Source: Lama glama (taxonomy: Eukaryota). From it: a stretch of 64,000 nt of DNA. The notes beneath the pieces are model-generated. The model saw nothing but the letters and a program-made list of their open reading frames with translations, did no database searches and was not told the origin of the DNA. The DNA is taken from NCBI GenBank assembly GCA_028534125.1, contig CM052817.1:9922001-9986000 (forward strand). Reading direction: 5' to 3'. Made by a program: the position numbers and the translations under genes. Below, in pieces: positions 1 through 12,779 of this stretch (position 1 is its first letter; each line of letters starts with the position of its first letter).

Positions 1-205
1 GAGACACAGACACTCGGAAGACAGAGGCACACAGCAGACACGGAGAAGCTGGCTGAGTACAAGCCGGCGACAGAGGCCTCAGAAGAAACCAATCCTGCCA
101 ACACCTTGATCTTGGACTTCTAGCCTCCCAAACTGTGGGCAAATAAATTTTTGTTGTTTGAGTCCCCCAGTGGGTGGTACTTTGTTATGGCAACCCTAGC
201 AAACA
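1..205 (+). mobile_element. MLT1-type MaLR LTR, 3' part
   Basis: gcctcagaagaaaccaatcctgccaacaccttgatcttggacttctagcctcc…aataaatt…gtggtactttgttatggcaaccctagcaaac. Confidence 0.8.
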
Positions 206-2310
206 CGTATACCATGTGAATGTTTTACTTTTGATATTTGTACCTATATCTCAACAGAAAGTCAAGGAAGGTTTTTTGTTTGTTTTGTTTTTGTAAACAT
301 TCTGTATAAAAAAAAATTCCTACTTGGTGTTCTGTTAAAAAACGAATTGGGCATGGCCGGGTGGAGGGGAGGGAGGGAGGGCAGAGGGAGAAGGGTAAGC
401 AAAACACAGAAGGTCAAGGTCCCAGGGTGTTCTTGTGTGATAAGAGCTTGCAGGGGATGGTGTTTGGGGGAGGGTGTGTCTCAGTGAGATCTGAGCTGGT
501 GGAAATTGTTCAGGGGTAGGATCTGTGGGCCTTTGAGTTCCAGTGGGGAATTTGATCTTGACTCTGAAGGTGTGGGAATCTGTTGGGAAGTTTCATGCAG
601 GGAGGGCCATGGGCTGACTATTGTGTGGGAAAACAGGCAAAGACGAGATAGGAATCTGTTGCTGAAGTTCTGGGCAGGTTACTGAGAGCCTGAACTTACA
701 CAGGGCGATGGGCAGGGACTCTGGACCCAGACTGCCTGGGTTTGTCTCCTGGCTCTGCCACCTAGTAGCTGTGTGGTCTTAGCCAGTTGTTTGACTTTAT
801 GCCCCGATTTCCTGGCTGCAGGACAGGCCTAATGAGAGTGCCTACCTCATACACAGGTTATCAGAAGGGTTAACTGGGTTAACATCTGTTAAAGACTCAT
901 GGCAGTGTCTGCACGTGGTGAGCACTGTCCTGTGTCTGGGGTTGCTGTGTTTGCTGTTCACTTTACCCAGGGCTGGGCACCCGACACATGACAGAGGCTT
1001 AATGCATCCCTGTGGGGTGATGGAGAAGGTATACAGTCCTGGGTGCCGGCTCATATTAGAGAAGGGAAGTGGCTATCCCCAGGCCACATGATTAGGGAGG
1101 TGATGGGCTGGCCTATGAACCCTGGTCTGTCTAGCTTCAAAACCTGCACTCCTGTGTGACCTAGCTGTGACCTAGCCTGGGGCCTGGTACTTAGTAGGAC
1201 CTCAGTGAGTGGTTTTGAAGTGAGTTGACTGAAATAAACATGCTCAGAGGTTAAATGACTTGCCCAGGGTCACACCGCTTGTCTTCCCAACTCCACACCC
1301 AAATCTCAGGACACTAGAAAGCAGGGCGGTCTAACTAGTTCTGTGGACGCTTGTCAAATTTGCTGCACTGAAATATTGAACTGAGTTCAAGATCAATCAG
1401 GCAGAAAGACCTCCTTGAAGGCGGGAGCGTGGAGGCAAAGACCTGCACGGCTCTGGGTCGTTCAACTTCAAAACTGCAACCGGGGCTGGCACTAGACTTT
1501 TACTGAGACAAGCTAGTTAGGTGGCACAGCTTAAAAACTGATGTTCACCATATTTGGGGATATAAAAATAAACCAAAAAAAAAAGTAGAATAAAACATTC
1601 TCAGAGCTGGAGAACGTCTCCTGCAGGGAAAGGTCTAGGGAGGCAGTTCTCCCTAAGGGACCATCAGTGTGGTTTCCCATCAGGAAGTGCGCCATGGACT
1701 CTGCGGAGCTTGACGGTCACTCTCTACATTGTGAGGCATTTCTTTTCCTTCCAGCATCATCACTGACGGACCTGACTTTAGGTAAACCTCAGTAACACAC
1801 CAGCCACTGTAAGGCACTAACCTGATAATGTTAGTTGTTCAAGACGGACATGAGGTTGAGAAAGGGGGCTTCGGCAGCCTGACAGGTCTCGTTTCAGATC
1901 TCAGCTCCATTATTTTCTGGCCATCAATCTCTGGGCACTTAACTCCTTTGAACCTTGTTGGCCCCATCAGTGAATGAGGATAGGGAAGAGTCCAGTAAAG
2001 ACATTAGATTCTTAATTGTACTAGTAAAAATTAGTACCATTCCAATTTTCAAAAAACTAGAAAAAAATAAAACAAATGTCTCTAACCATCAAAACAGATA
2101 TTGTCTGGACACTAAAGATTCTGTGTTCTGTTGACAGATGAGTACGTGCTTTGGGCCTTCACTGACAGCTCACATATTCTTATTTTGGTTGCCTAGTTTA
2201 TGGCCTGCTGTGCCCTCTTTGAATTAACTTCACTTAAGAAAGCAGAGATGTATGTAATCTATTTTCAAATATGCTTATTCAAAAGGATTGAAATTTTATA
2301 GGCTGGCTCT

Positions 2311-2324
2311 TGTGAGATAATAGA

Positions 2325-2400
<76 letters not shown>

Positions 2401-3160
2401 TTGATCTTTGCCCCTGGTTCCTGGCACAAATCTCCTAAACCCCTGAAATTTTCTGGGCGATAGGAATGTCTTTGTTTCTAATGATGTGACTCTGGGTTTG
2501 CTCCTGAGGGGGCGCTGAGTGAGTCACCAACAAGACCAGGCCATAATTAAAAGCTTGGAATTTTCAGGCCTACCCCCATTCTGCAGAGAAGGGAGAGGGG
2601 CTGGAAATGGAGTTACTTGTCAATCATGCTTACATGATAAGATCTCCCTAAAAATCCCACAAGTATGGGGTTAGTGGTCACATCCACACGGGGAGTGTAA
2701 TGCATTCCAACTCTATGGGGACAGAAACTCCCGCCCTGGGGACCCTTCCAGACCCCGCCCTATGTATCTCTTCATCTGGCTGTTCATCTGTAGCCTTTAT
2801 CATTTCCTTTAATAAATTCATAAACATAAGTAAATATTTCTCTGAGTTCTGTGAGTCTCTCCAGCAAATTGAACACAAGGAGGGGGTCTGGGAACCTCTG
2901 ATCTGTAGCCAAGTTGGACTGAAGCTGTGGGTAACCTGGGGACCTACCACCTGTGATTGGCATCTACGGTGGGGGGCAGGCTCGTGCCTCCCAGGTAGGC
3001 AGTGTCCAGATTGAGTTAGACTGTAAGACACCCAGCTGGTGTCACAGAACTGCTTGGCCTGGGGAAAACCCACACATCTGGCGTCAGAAGCGGTGTGAGC
3101 GTGGCAGGGATGTGAGACGAAAGCGCAGACGCAGGAGAAGAGTGGGGCTTTCCTACACAC
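2311..3160 (+). mobile_element. MER21-like LTR with an internal microsatellite
   Basis: ctttgcccctggttcctggcaca…tatgtatctcttcatctggctgttcatctgta…aataaa…ttctctgagttctgtgag is typical of MER21; right boundary approximate. Confidence 0.75.
2329..2400. repeat. Compound (AC)n-(AT)n-(AC)n microsatellite
   Basis: Directly visible. Confidence 0.95.
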
Positions 3161-6100
3161 ATCGTTATGCTTCTTGACCCGTGTCACCTTAATTTAAGAA
3201 GGAAGGGATTTTATGGGAAGAATATGCGTATGCTTGGATTCTGACAAATTTCACCGCAAAACAAAGATGCATGGAAACACTTCCTAATTCGATTTTAGGA
3301 TCTGTCAGATTGTCAGTGACTCGCCTCTCTGCCCTAGGCCATGCTTTGATTCTGTTGATCCAGTTAGACAGAAGTTTCAGGACACCCAGAGACTGACACT
3401 AGTCACTGACCTTTTGTTCCCATCCGAGACAAAACTAAGCAACATTTAAATATCGCCAACACCACTTGCAGCCCTCTGCCCAAGGCAGGCATTTGAAAAT
3501 GTAGGTTTCATTATTATTCAGGTACGGTGAGGCCCACAGACCGGGAGACGCTGCCATTGAAAGAGCAGCTATTACTCACAGCTCCCAAGAGGAGGGGGAC
3601 ACGTCCCCCTGTGCAGGACCGCATGGGGAAGCAGCAGGCCTGGTCAGGGGGCAGAGGCAGTGGGAGGAGAACATGGCAGGAGCCTGCACTGGGGTTTCCG
3701 TGAGAAGCGGCGGACGAGGCAGACTTAGAACTGGCTAGTGTGTCTAATTTCAGCAGGCTCCGCAGTGGCGCAGCTGTCCTGAGGTGCCTGGTACCTGGCT
3801 CCGGGGTGACCAGGGCAGGGGAACACTGGCCTGGAGTGTGGGAGTCCTGTGTGAGCCCAAGGAGGGAGGGGTTTGGGCTGTGGGCTTCGGATTGGAGCCT
3901 CATTTGAAAAGAGTACGTGCAGGTGGGTCCTTTACTGGGACGAGTCCCTGGAGCAGGGGTCTCTTCCCAAGGAAGCAAGGCCCCAAGACATCAAAGCATC
4001 AGGCAATATAGAAATTTTTAAAACATGATTAATACCGTGAGCAGTGGCCTTGGCTCTAGGATGGACTCAGGGCAGTTACTCTGCAGTGGACAGCCAAGCT
4101 CTGCGGCCTCGAGCGGCTGACCACCTTGAAGGTGCGAGGTGCCCTGAGCCCTGCTGTCCCCCTTGGGCCCAGCTTCCCTCCGTCATCCGTGGTAGAGCAG
4201 CAGGGCGGGTGTTTACTTCTGCCGCTAACCAGAACATCGCCCTCGGGCAGCACCATCTCCCAGCGAGAGGTCCTGGGGTGAGGACTTCTGCCGCCCACGC
4301 GGTTTCTCCTTCCTCATAACCAGCCCGGGTTTTGTTTGTTTGATTGTTTTCCAGGAAGAGGACACACAGAGGTCCGTGCACTGACTCCGAGTTTCATTAA
4401 TTCTATTTGCTTTCTAAGAGGAGGAAGGGCTTTGTTACAAGCCTTTCCCTAGGGTCTGGGGAAACTTAAGAAAGCCTGACAGAGGTGAGGACAGGCGCCC
4501 TGTCCAAGGCATTCGCTATATGGGCCTCTCCTTCCCCAGGACGTGCTGGGGCCGAGGCAGAATCCAGCCAGCAGTCGTGCGTGGGGCGCCAGCGGTGGGA
4601 AACGATCCCAGTATCATTTGGCGAATGGACACTCGTCACGAGGACAGCGTGTCACTCTCTGAGCATTGTTTTGTTTATTCCTGTATTTAAAAACATGAAC
4701 AATATTTAATAGTTGCTTTGACACTGGTAGAAAGAACATTTCTAGATACTCATCATTTGATCTTTATTTGGAATGTTAATTCTACCTAAACAGTAATGGT
4801 ACTGTAAGCTAAGTTTCTCCAGAGCATCTGCTGGGGGAGAAGGATCGGTAGGGGACCCAGAAGGGGCCACTTCCCCAAGTGCCAGGAGCCCTAGTGCTGG
4901 GAGGAGTGAGAAGCAGAGAGAGCGCCAAGCCCCCATGGCCAGCACACTCAGTGGAGACACCCAGGGACCCGGTAAATGTGTCTCTGCGCTAAACGACAGG
5001 GCAGAGGGAAGAGGGAAGGTGTCAGACACAGACTGAGACGGGTCCCTTCACAGAGTGAATGGCCTGCTTTGTCTTCTCAAAGTTCTCTGAGAAAAGGTTA
5101 AGTAATAGATGAGCTGAAGCCACTCTGTGCTGAGAAGAGCGTCAGGGAAGGCGAGGGACTGAGACAGAGACAGCTGATAGTCGTGTTCATCACCTGCTTC
5201 CCCTTCTGAAGAGGGTGCGCTCTCAGGAGGGTTGGCCATACGCCCAGGACCGTGACGTGTGCCAGACTGCAGGCTGGCAGAGGCTGAGAGAGAGAGCACT
5301 AAACCGCTTTGCAAAGAGAAAAGGAAGTTTGGGGAATACGGGGGTGGGGGAGAGGGGGTGCCAGTGGCCTGGGACAAGGAAGTGAAGCCGGCTGTGGTCA
5401 GAGCGCGGGTTGGGGAAGAAGGGCGCCACTGAATGGGGCTTGGTGACCATTCGCTTTGCTGTGCCGTGTCCGATGGAGCGTTCTCCAGCTCTCCACGCCA
5501 TCATCAGCAACATGTGGACCCTCTTTAAAGGGAGGTTGCAGGTTTACTTTTCCGGGAATACAACCAAGTGTTAAGTCTTACTCTGAGATGGGCACAGGGT
5601 GAGAACAGAGGCAGCCAAGTGACATGCTCATTTCTACTTCTTCGGCCAAGGCAAGGCCAATGGCCACATCCAAGGTCAAGGTTCACTAGTTCGATTTGTT
5701 TCCCAAGAGGAAGAGTGTTCATGTCTGTCTCCCCCACCAGGACTGGAAGTGCCTCCACCGTCGGGTCATTCTCACCCATCTCTGCGCGTCCAGTGCCCTG
5801 CAGTGCTTGGCACAGAGTTGATACTCAGTGTTTCATGCATCAGAGTGTCTCGGTAGTATTCTCTTGTCTTTTCGTCGCCACCATCCCAAGTCCAGGTTGC
5901 ACCTGGACTGTTCCAGCAGCTTTTCCACGGCTGCTGTCTTTGACGTCTCCCACGGCAAGTGCCCCCTGCGCTCTACCAGCATCATCGTTGGTTTCCAGCA
6001 CTGCGTTGATGCTTGCCTTCATTTACTTATGGAACTTTAGCACCTCTGTCCTTCCCTGTTCAGAAATCTCAAGACCCCATTACCTAGAATCATGTCTACA

Positions 6101-6976
6101 TTTGCCATCATGAGGTTCACAGTCACCCAGGGAACTTCAGGTATGGAAAAATCTCTTGTGAAACATTCAGAGTGATACAGTTATTAGCTATGTGTAAGAG
6201 TCATTAGTCTATGCGGTTTTCTCTCACCTGGATACACCATAAGATGGCATTTTCCAGCCCCCTTAAATGGGTGTGGCCACTGGATTTGCATTGACCACAG
6301 AAGTGGAGAAAGTGGAGATGAGTGTGTCTTTTTGTGGAAGCTTCACCATACGTCTGTCATCTGCCTAATGTGCCTCCATTCTGCCCCACTTCCTGCCTAA
6401 AGAAACTCTCTCCAAATTCTAGCTCTGGTATCACCTCTTCTGCGAAGCTCAACCTGAGATCTCCAGAAGTTTCTGCCTCCTCTCTCTGGTTTTCCATGCT
6501 GCCTCTACCCTTGTATTGGAGTCTTCATCTCAGGAAGCTGTACTTACTCAAGCCCCTCTCCCCAGGCTGGAAACGAGCTCACGGTCAGAGGTCCTGCATA
6601 TGGTGAGTGGTAACGGGCAGCCCCGACTTAAATCAATGGAGGATGCCCCTCCAGCCTGCGGACCTGGCCACCCTGCCGACCTCCTGGGTTCCAGTCCTGC
6701 CTCCCTTCTTACCTTCTGTGAGACCCTGACAGGTATCAATCAGTAACTTTATGCTTCAGGTGTCCCACTGGAAATCCGTTCAGTCAGCATCAAATACCTC
6801 AGACCAAAGCATGGAAGTATGCAGATGGAGATTCCGGGTGGGTCCCCTTATGGATGACTCAGGATGGTAACAGGATATTTTTTCCACTTATGTGAGGGCC
6901 TGTTTATGAGTTCATTCAAACTAGATATAGAGAAACCAAACAATGGTTGGACGTATTTCTGAAAAACACACAGAGC

Positions 6977-6982
6977 TTTATT
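6977..6982 (-). terminator. FGFBP1: FGFBP1 polyadenylation signal AATAAA
   Basis: tttatt on + strand about 330 nt past the stop codon, followed on the minus strand by GT/T-rich sequence (ctctgtgtgtttttc). Confidence 0.75.
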
Positions 6983-7275
6983 ATCTTTGTTAATTGTGCA
7001 GAAAGTGCATTGAACTGAAATCATCACTCTGACTCATTCAGCTCAAAGACTGGTCCTTAGCGCTCATATAAACATAGCTTTGGGGGTCATGGAAACATAC
7101 AGAGGTCAACAGCCTCTGGAAATCACATCTCAGGAAATGAATATAAAACAAATACCAAAACACAAAAGCAAAAATTACAAAATCTGTTTAAATAAACCGT
7201 TGCACTCTCATAGCACAAATGTTCATCTTACAGGTAACCAGGAGATCTTTACAGCACATGGAAAAGTTTTGACAT

Positions 7276-7292
7276 GGCGCCTCCTAGTGGGC
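7276..7292 (-). promoter_or_regulatory. CTCF motif in FGFBP1 3' UTR
   Basis: + strand GGCGCCTCCTAGTGGGC, i.e. CCACTAGGAGGCGC on the minus strand; close to the CTCF core. Confidence 0.55.
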
Positions 7293-7312
7293 TCTGTTCA
7301 ATTTTGACTTCA

Positions 7313-8026
7313 TTAACATGAACTGCCCTGTATCATGGAGATGAAGAAATTGCAGAAAAAGCTCCAGGACTCCCCACAGTAGTCTAAGGCTGTCTTCCTC
7401 TGGTTTACCAAGTCTGGGTCCTCCACACACTTGGAGTAATTGGTGGCCATGGTCTGAGTCTTTGCTGGGCTGGAAAGGATGGCCTTTTCGACCTCACTCT
7501 GCTCTTTGGTAGAAGGCTTCATTAACTTCTGGCTGGATTTCTGGTTTCTAATCAGAGTGGAGTTCACCAGCTTGAGATTGGATTCTGGAAACTTCTTTCT
7601 GCACACCCTGGTCTTCAGGACGCTCTTGGAGTCCCCACAGATGATCTTTTGAGAGCGTAGGTTCCGGCCAATTTGTTTCCAATAGACGTTCTTTTGGTTT
7701 GACTCAAGGCATGAGGTTGGATTGCCAGTGAAGAAACAGGAAAACTTATTGTCCTGCCGAGTGCACTCGACCTTCAGGGCAATGCCCTCCTCCTGCTCAG
7801 TCACCACCCATCTGCAGTTGGCGTGGTCTTGGGTAACAAACTTGCCTTTGGTCAGGTGCTGGGATGGCTGGCTTCTCGGCTCCATCTGGGGCTTACCCGG
7901 AGCATGCAATTTATCTGTGCTGGCTTTGCTACCATGTCGTTTCTTTCTTTCTTTTTCGGCCTCCACCGAGAGCACCAGGGCAGCCAGAAGGAGGAGGGAG
8001 AGAAGGGTGAGGCTCTGGACCCTCAT
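7313..8026 (-). CDS. FGFBP1: Fibroblast growth factor-binding protein 1 (237 aa, single coding exon)
   Basis: ORF MRVQSLTLLSLLLLAALVLSVEA (signal peptide) … KGKFVTQDHANCRW … CFFTGNPTSC … YWKQIGRNLRSQK.IC … VCRKKFPESNLKLV … CVEDPD … ALDYCGESWSFFCNFFISMIQGSSC with 10 Cys. Start context GAAGCCATG. Acceptor cacag|G at 8046. Adjacent to PROM1, as in other mammals. Confidence 0.98.
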   Translation of the reverse strand: MRVQSLTLLSLLLLAALVLSVEAEKERKKRHGSKASTDKLHAPGKPQMEPRSQPSQHLTKGKFVTQDHANCRWVVTEQEEGIALKVECTRQDNKFSCFFTGNPTSCLESNQKNVYWKQIGRNLRSQKIICGDSKSVLKTRVCRKKFPESNLKLVNSTLIRNQKSSQKLMKPSTKEQSEVEKAILSSPAKTQTMATNYSKCVEDPDLVNQRKTALDYCGESWSFFCNFFISMIQGSSC

Positions 8027-9451
8027 GGCTTCAGCTTGGTGGGAACCTGTGTGACAAAAGGCAGTGAGTCAGTGTCAGGCAGCCGTTCTGCAGTGCTGGG
8101 CTGCAGGATGACCCTCCCTCCACCCGGACCCATGCCTGCCTGCAGCGGAGCGAGATCAAAGATCCTTCTCTTTCCTGGAATTAGTAAACAAGCAGCCTGT
8201 CTGATTATACTTCTGCTTGACTTGAATCTTGAATGTCAGCAAGTTCTTACTCTTCATTCATTCATCACCACTCTGAACCTCCTTAACTCTCACTCCCTTA
8301 ATCACTCACTGAATTACTCCACGTTTACTCACTCACTCCTGCGCTCATCACTCACTGAGCACTCATGGAGCTGCTTCTACTAGCTGTGCACTAGACTGGA
8401 TGTTGAATTCCTCAAGGTAAGTAAGAAAGTCTCGTGTCTTGAAAACTTAGAGGCAACTCTTCGGGAACTCTGAACAACATGGACCAGGAGTCTATCCCAG
8501 CTGTGTCCCCAGCTTGATCTTGGGCAAGTCTCTCTCCCATTCCAGGTCTCAGCTTCTTTATCTGGAAATCAAGATGGTGGGTGAGATCATCGTCAACCCT
8601 CTTCCAGCTCCAGCGTGCCGAATTTCTCTCTCACTGTTCGATGTGGACTCAGATGACCACACAATGATGGAGGACATGGTAAGTGACATGAAAGGTGATG
8701 TTTGACCCAAGGTTAGACATGCATGAGGTTTGGAGACTCTGAGATGGGGGATGGGGCGGGGCTTGTGAGGAGGGGTATTTGGGATTCAGTAAGAGCCTAG
8801 GGAGGGTCATGCAAGAGGGGAAGTCACCCAACTTGACTGGGCAACGTGAACCAGGGTGGATGGGGTGAATTTCCACCGGAGCCTTTAGACTTGTGGCACT
8901 GTGCCTGACACACAGAAAGCCCACGGTCAGTGCTTTTCAAAAGTAATCATTGAATAAATAGGATGACCTTAATTGCTGCACCAGACTGCATAGATTTTAT
9001 CAGGTGGGCAACAAAAACCACACTTGAAAGAAGAGAATTAGCATTTTAATTTGATACCTACTATGTGCTAAGCACTTGACTGGTATTTAATTCTTGTCTT
9101 GTTAATCCACACAAGAGCCCTGCCTGGTAGGTAATAATACATCACCCCCAGGTAACAGATGTGACAGTTAAGGTTCAGAATGGCAAACAAATTGCTCAGT
9201 GTCCCCTGGTGGTCAAGTGACAAAGCTGGGACAGACAGCCAGAACGTCTCTCTCTGGTCCTGTACACCAGCCCTCATTGAAGACCTCTTGCCTTCACCTT
9301 ACTCTGCCTTTCAGAAAACATTGGCAAGAAATAAAAAAGCAATTATGAACAACTCAAGATTTGGTTTGGCTCAGTTCAGGGTGATAAGCTGATTATTATG
9401 ATCAGTGCTCCATTTTAAAAGAATACAGAATTTTGTTTAAAAAGAGGCAGG

Positions 9452-9703
9452 TCTCACAAAGGGGAAAGGGCAGGGAGGGAAAATTAGGGGTTGGGGATTA
9501 ACAGACACATGTTACTATACATAAAATAGATCAACACAAACACCTACTGTGTATCACAGGGAACTACATTCAATATCTTGTAATAAACTACAATGGAAAA
9601 GAATCTGAAAAAGTATATATATCTGTGTAACTGAATCACTTTGCTGTACACCTGAAACTAACATTGTAAATCAACTACATTTCAATAAAAAAAACTTAAA
9701 AAC
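9452..9703 (+). mobile_element. 5'-truncated L1 3' end in the FGFBP1 intron (antisense to the gene)
   Basis: ggggattaacaga…acagggaactacattcaatatcttgtaataa…cacctgaaactaacattgtaaatcaactac plus poly(A); 12-bp TSD aaaagaggcagg at 9440-9451 and 9704-9715. Confidence 0.9.
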
Positions 9704-9974
9704 AAAAGAGGCAGGAAGTGGCCCTGATCTCATTGCTACTCTTAGCACATGGCCTCCCTTCAGGATTGATACAGGATAGTCACCAAACGTGGGCTTCCGA
9801 AATGAAGGCTGGATGGGAGCCAGGCATGTCAGATGAAGACCCACTCATTCCTCACGGCACTGGGACTCAGCGCCCACATGTCTCTGCTGGGGTCCAGACC
9901 CCAGGAACCTGACGTCCTCATGGGAGCTGGGACGGGGACAGGCAATGAAACTCTCTAGAGAGCTAGGCTCTTAC

Positions 9975-10050
9975 CTGGCTCTGAGTTTGCAGATCCAGTG
10001 TGATCCCAGATGTAGGAGTGAGCTTGCAGGCTTACAGCTGTCTCGTCCAC
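9975..10050 (-). other. FGFBP1: FGFBP1 non-coding exon 1 (5' end approximate)
   Basis: Donor CAG|gtaaga with exon ending at 9975; TATAAAA about 25-30 nt upstream of the inferred start; about 1.9-kb intron to the acceptor at 8046. Confidence 0.8.
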
Positions 10051-10070
10051 AGTATGAGGCAGGGATGGCC

Positions 10071-10182
10071 TTTTATACAAGAGCCCAAACAGACCAGGTT
10101 TTTACAACTCACAAACCTGTGTAGCTTTACTCACACTCCTCCCAGCCACGCCCCTTCAGAGACAGCCATTTCCTTCAGGGAA
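10071..10182 (-). promoter_or_regulatory. FGFBP1: FGFBP1 proximal promoter: TATA, C/EBP-like, AP-1, Sp1/KLF, GAS-like sites
   Basis: Minus strand: TATAAAA 10071-10077; GTTGTAAA about 10101-10108; TGAGTAA 10127-10133; GGGGCGTGGC 10145-10154. TTCAGGGAA (+) at 10174-10182. Order resembles the described human FGF-BP promoter. Confidence 0.75.
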
Positions 10183-12126
10183 AGTGGTTGATGTAATCTT
10201 GTGGGGGCGGGGTGGGAGGGTGTTACATACATGGCATTAGACCAGGTTCTTCCAAGCCCTTTCCTTTCCCCCCAGCAGCCTGTTTAGGACAGCTCAGCCT
10301 TGTAAAGACCCTCCTTGATTGGGTAAGGACCCCAGCAGCAAAATCTTGGAGGGGGAGTTACAAACAATAAGCCCATTTTACCCAAAGCTCTCCCTTCATT
10401 CTCATCACAGTCCCCTCCATGGTATGCGTAACCTATAATTCATCCCATTTTACAGATAGAATGTTGGAGCTTGGAGATACTCACAGCTTGTCCAAAGTCA
10501 CAGGGTTAGGAGGATGAGAAGCCCAGAGTTTGAAGCCCCGACGCTTGGAGTCCACTATCTGATCTTTTCCTATCTGCTGCTCTCAATGAACATTCGATGA
10601 ATGAAGGACTGAGCTGGGGAAGACATCTCGGTCTCTGAGATCCTGTTTCCTGTGAAGCACCTGAAGTTACTGTGTGAGCAGAGGCATCCTTGGGCCCTGA
10701 GAGGTTAATAAGGAGGAAATTCTTGATCTGGGTTTTTGAGTTAAAAAAATTCACCTTCTGGCCACATGTGGGGAACCTCACTCTGGTCAGCCTTTTCTAG
10801 GCAGAGTCTGGTAGCAGAACGACGTAGGTGGATGGAGCCCTGGATACAGCATCTGTTTGGCTGTGATCTTAACTTCTCTGAATTTCCATTTGCTCATCTC
10901 CTGATAGCTGACAACCACAGCCCCTCATGTAAGGCTTCATACTAAATTATAGGAGGCTGAGCTATTAACATGAAGTGAAGCAGAACAGATTTGGTTCATA
11001 AGTTGTATTCTTTAAAAATAGGTACATTTTGTTTTCACACTGACCATATAAAAAGAACTCACTTCCATAAAGATGTAGATCTTTATAATTTGTTTCTTTA
11101 CTTTTCATGATGTTTGGGCACAAGAAATTTGTTGTTTTTCTTTTTGACTCAGTTGTAAGGAAAACAACAACACATGTGTGATGATAAACAGCAACTGAGC
11201 CTTGCCTCTGGGACAGGGACAATGAGGCAATAAGGAGTGGTGGGGACTGTGGCAAACGGGGTAGTTCCTGATATCCAAATGTCAACACTCGGTGCCAGTT
11301 GACCAAAAACAGTTTGGCATGAAGATCAGTATTTTCTGACCTAATGAATTTTTTTCACATATACAATTTTAAAAATAAAAATGGACATTTCATGAAATTT
11401 TAAGAGATCCTCTGACATCTTGATGTGTGTTTGTAGAATTGAGTTGGTAGCTAAATGTAACTTTCAAAAACATTGTCCTGATCCACAATAAAGATACAAA
11501 AAGTTGTGACTGTGGATGGATTCCATTCAAGTTCCACCTGTTTGAGAATTCCAAGATCACAGAGCTATGGGTAGTGACTGGTTCTCTCAGTGATTCAAAG
11601 GTTTTCTTCATGAATTGCATGGAAGGAGGCTATTTCCCCAGACTCCAAGCCCCATGTAAAGTTGGCTCACCCTAAGATCCAACCCCCCTGTTCACTTTGT
11701 TGAACCACACAAACAGGCACTCACAATGTGGTATTTTGGGGGATTACTTGGACACAGGCAAGACAAAGCTGCTTTGTTTCACAAGGAAATACAGATCGAG
11801 GTGGTCTCCTGCAAAATGAGAAATTCATCTTGATCCTAAAGTGGCAGCCAGATTCTTTCTGGAGAAAGACTATAGGTCAGAATACAAAGCAAAATTAGAA
11901 AAACAAAAACACGTGGACTCTGGGATCTTTTCTGAGATATGTCTCCAAGCTCTGGCAGGGAGCAGGGAGCTTTCTTCACTGGCTTCCTGTAGACCCTCAG
12001 CTTTTCCTGTGACCCTGTGCCAACTTCTGCCTTGATCTTTCTTTTCCAAACAGGGGGAACAATATTAGACCAGGCTGTGTAGTCTTTTTCCTCTTGACTG
12101 AGCTTGTTATTTCAAACTCATTTCTA

Positions 12127-12127
<1 letters not shown>

Positions 12128-12177
<50 letters not shown>
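12128..12177. repeat. (CA)n microsatellite
   Basis: Directly visible. Confidence 0.97.
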
Positions 12178-12180
<3 letters not shown>

Positions 12181-12779
12181 GCCACTCATCCAGCATTTCC
12201 TGAATACCTGGTGAACTCTTCCCCTTCCTGCCTTTGCTACTGCTGTTCCCTTTACTTGGAATGCCCTTCCAGTTCTACTTTGCCAGACACACAATGACTC
12301 ATCCTTCAAGATCCATCTCAAATGCCATCTCCTCTCTGTTGGTGTCCTTGGTCCCCTGAAGCTTCCCCATTGCCCGTTTCTCATGGACGTCCATGGAGAG
12401 AAATAGACCACCACTCCCAGTGTGCTAGCGTCGTGCTGAGGCTCTATCCACACACTAACTCACAGCTCAACGTGCTGAGAAAGCATACACCTGCACTGCC
12501 GTGCCCTGGGGAGCTGGACAGGGTTTGGAACCTCAGCAAGGTTTGCTCTCAGCAGGTTCCATGACCCCCTCATACTCCCAGAACTGAGGGCTTCCCTGAC
12601 TCCTGGAGAACAGACTCTGTAAAGGCTCATCAACTCTTTTTTTGCCAGATTTTGTGGTCCAGATGTGAAGATGAGGCTAAGCACGTGCCTGGCATGTAAT
12701 TAGGAAAGACTGAATGGAGACCACTTCTAATACTTTCATGAAAAATGATGTACCCCTACTTTGATAAATTGTAAACTCT

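Noticed and set aside
2678..6113. Several 100-180 aa ORFs
   Set aside because: They lie in an LTR or GC-rich intergenic DNA, mostly lack a true ATG, and show no protein-family signal.
7722..8383. Plus-strand ORFs of 110 and 186 aa
   Set aside because: Antisense shadows of the FGFBP1 CDS running into a tcat/tcac-rich repeat tail.
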